Source: Veleropilina oligotropha
Lineage: Eukaryota
Direction of reading: 5' to 3'
Length of the DNA stretch: 33,794 nucleotides
NCBI GenBank assembly: GCA_048128005.1
Contig: JBEUKZ010000015.1
Coordinates: forward strand, 62,001 to 95,794
The position numbers and the translations under genes were made by a program. The notes under the pieces were generated by a model. The model was given only the letters and a program-made list of their open reading frames with translations. It was not told the origin of the DNA and searched no databases. Positions 32,702 to 33,794 of the stretch are shown here, in pieces (positions within the stretch are counted from its first letter, which is position 1; each line of letters begins with the position of its first letter).

Positions 32702-33354
32702 TGTAGCGGGGTTGAAATAATAACGTCGGTATAGACGAACGTCTTTATTAATCTGGAAATATATCTTCAATATTAGCAATATTGATGTATCCCAATGGTC
32801 ACTTTGCGAGCAACTGTATTACAGATTATATGTGTGCAACAATTTAGTTAATTATGCAACAATAATATTCATGTATGTAGTTACATCCGTTTTCACAAAT
32901 TATATAAATATGTATACAATACAGTAATGCAATATACAAGTTAATTTGACAGCAGTAATAGCACAAGGAGTATATTCATGAGCAATAATTATAACATCAT
33001 AAAATATAGGAAAGAACACATACCTGGAAATATATCTTCAATATTAGCAATATTGATGTATCCCAATGGTCACTTTGCGAGCAACTGGTATTACAGTGAA
33101 ACTTGCAGACGTTTATGTGTACTTGAACAATGGTGAACACTGCTCACTATGACAGGCAAGGATTTCGGATTTATTGCTGCAAGCGGTTAAAGGAGAGATT
33201 GGAGCTTCGCACCTATCGGAAATGTGCGATGCTTCGCACTAGGCGAAGAGGTGTGACGCTTCGCACTTAGCGAACTACAATAATTATTGTAAAGATACAC
33301 ATTATCAATCTTACAGAACAAAATAATATATACAAATAAAATATCCCCATTACA
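32702..33354 (-). repeat. 5' LTR (653 bp)
   Basis: TGTAATGGGG...CCCCGCTACA on the minus strand. Confidence 0.97.

Positions 33355-33794
<440 letters not shown>

Larger units (their letters stand above)
26067..33354 (-). mobile_element. Full-length Ty3/Gypsy LTR retrotransposon, 7288 bp
   Basis: Paired TG...CA LTRs, 4-bp TSD TATA (26063-26066, 33355-33358), PBS, PPT, gag, and pol in PR-RT-RH-IN order. Confidence 0.98.

Noticed and set aside
26067..33354. Ty3-style targeting of the Gypsy element to tRNA genes
   Set aside because: It is over 6 kb from the nearest tRNA-like copy in the window and sits in a TATA site inside a HINE.

Overview
AT-rich animal genomic DNA, probably a marine invertebrate judging from the transposon repertoire (inference). 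No intact host protein gene is evident. The left 20 kb is a minus-strand tRNA-Ser array: four identical Ser(UGA) genes, one Ser(CGA) gene, three full-length pseudogenes and a fragment. It is built from a repeated two-gene unit plus a younger duplication (2254-9310 vs 15869-20320). The array is invaded by CR1-type and Tx1/L1-type LINEs, a Harbinger fragment, a tRNA-derived SINE family, a 43-bp minisatellite and several Crypton-like (tyrosine recombinase) elements. About 20.3-24.1 kb is a nest of DNA transposons: Crypton-like, an internally deleted DD41D-type mariner with DD46D spacing, and Helentron-type HINEs. The right end holds a young full-length Ty3/Gypsy element (26067-33354) with 653-bp LTRs, a TATA target duplication, intact pol, one stop in gag and a UUUAAAC plus pseudoknot -1 frameshift signal; it sits inside a HINE. 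The most interesting signal is that four sequence-unrelated Crypton-associated terminal palindromes carry tandem GA/GA mismatches, three with GNA/GAAA loops, always on the same element strand. This suggests a folded single-stranded DNA substrate. All alignments were done by eye.
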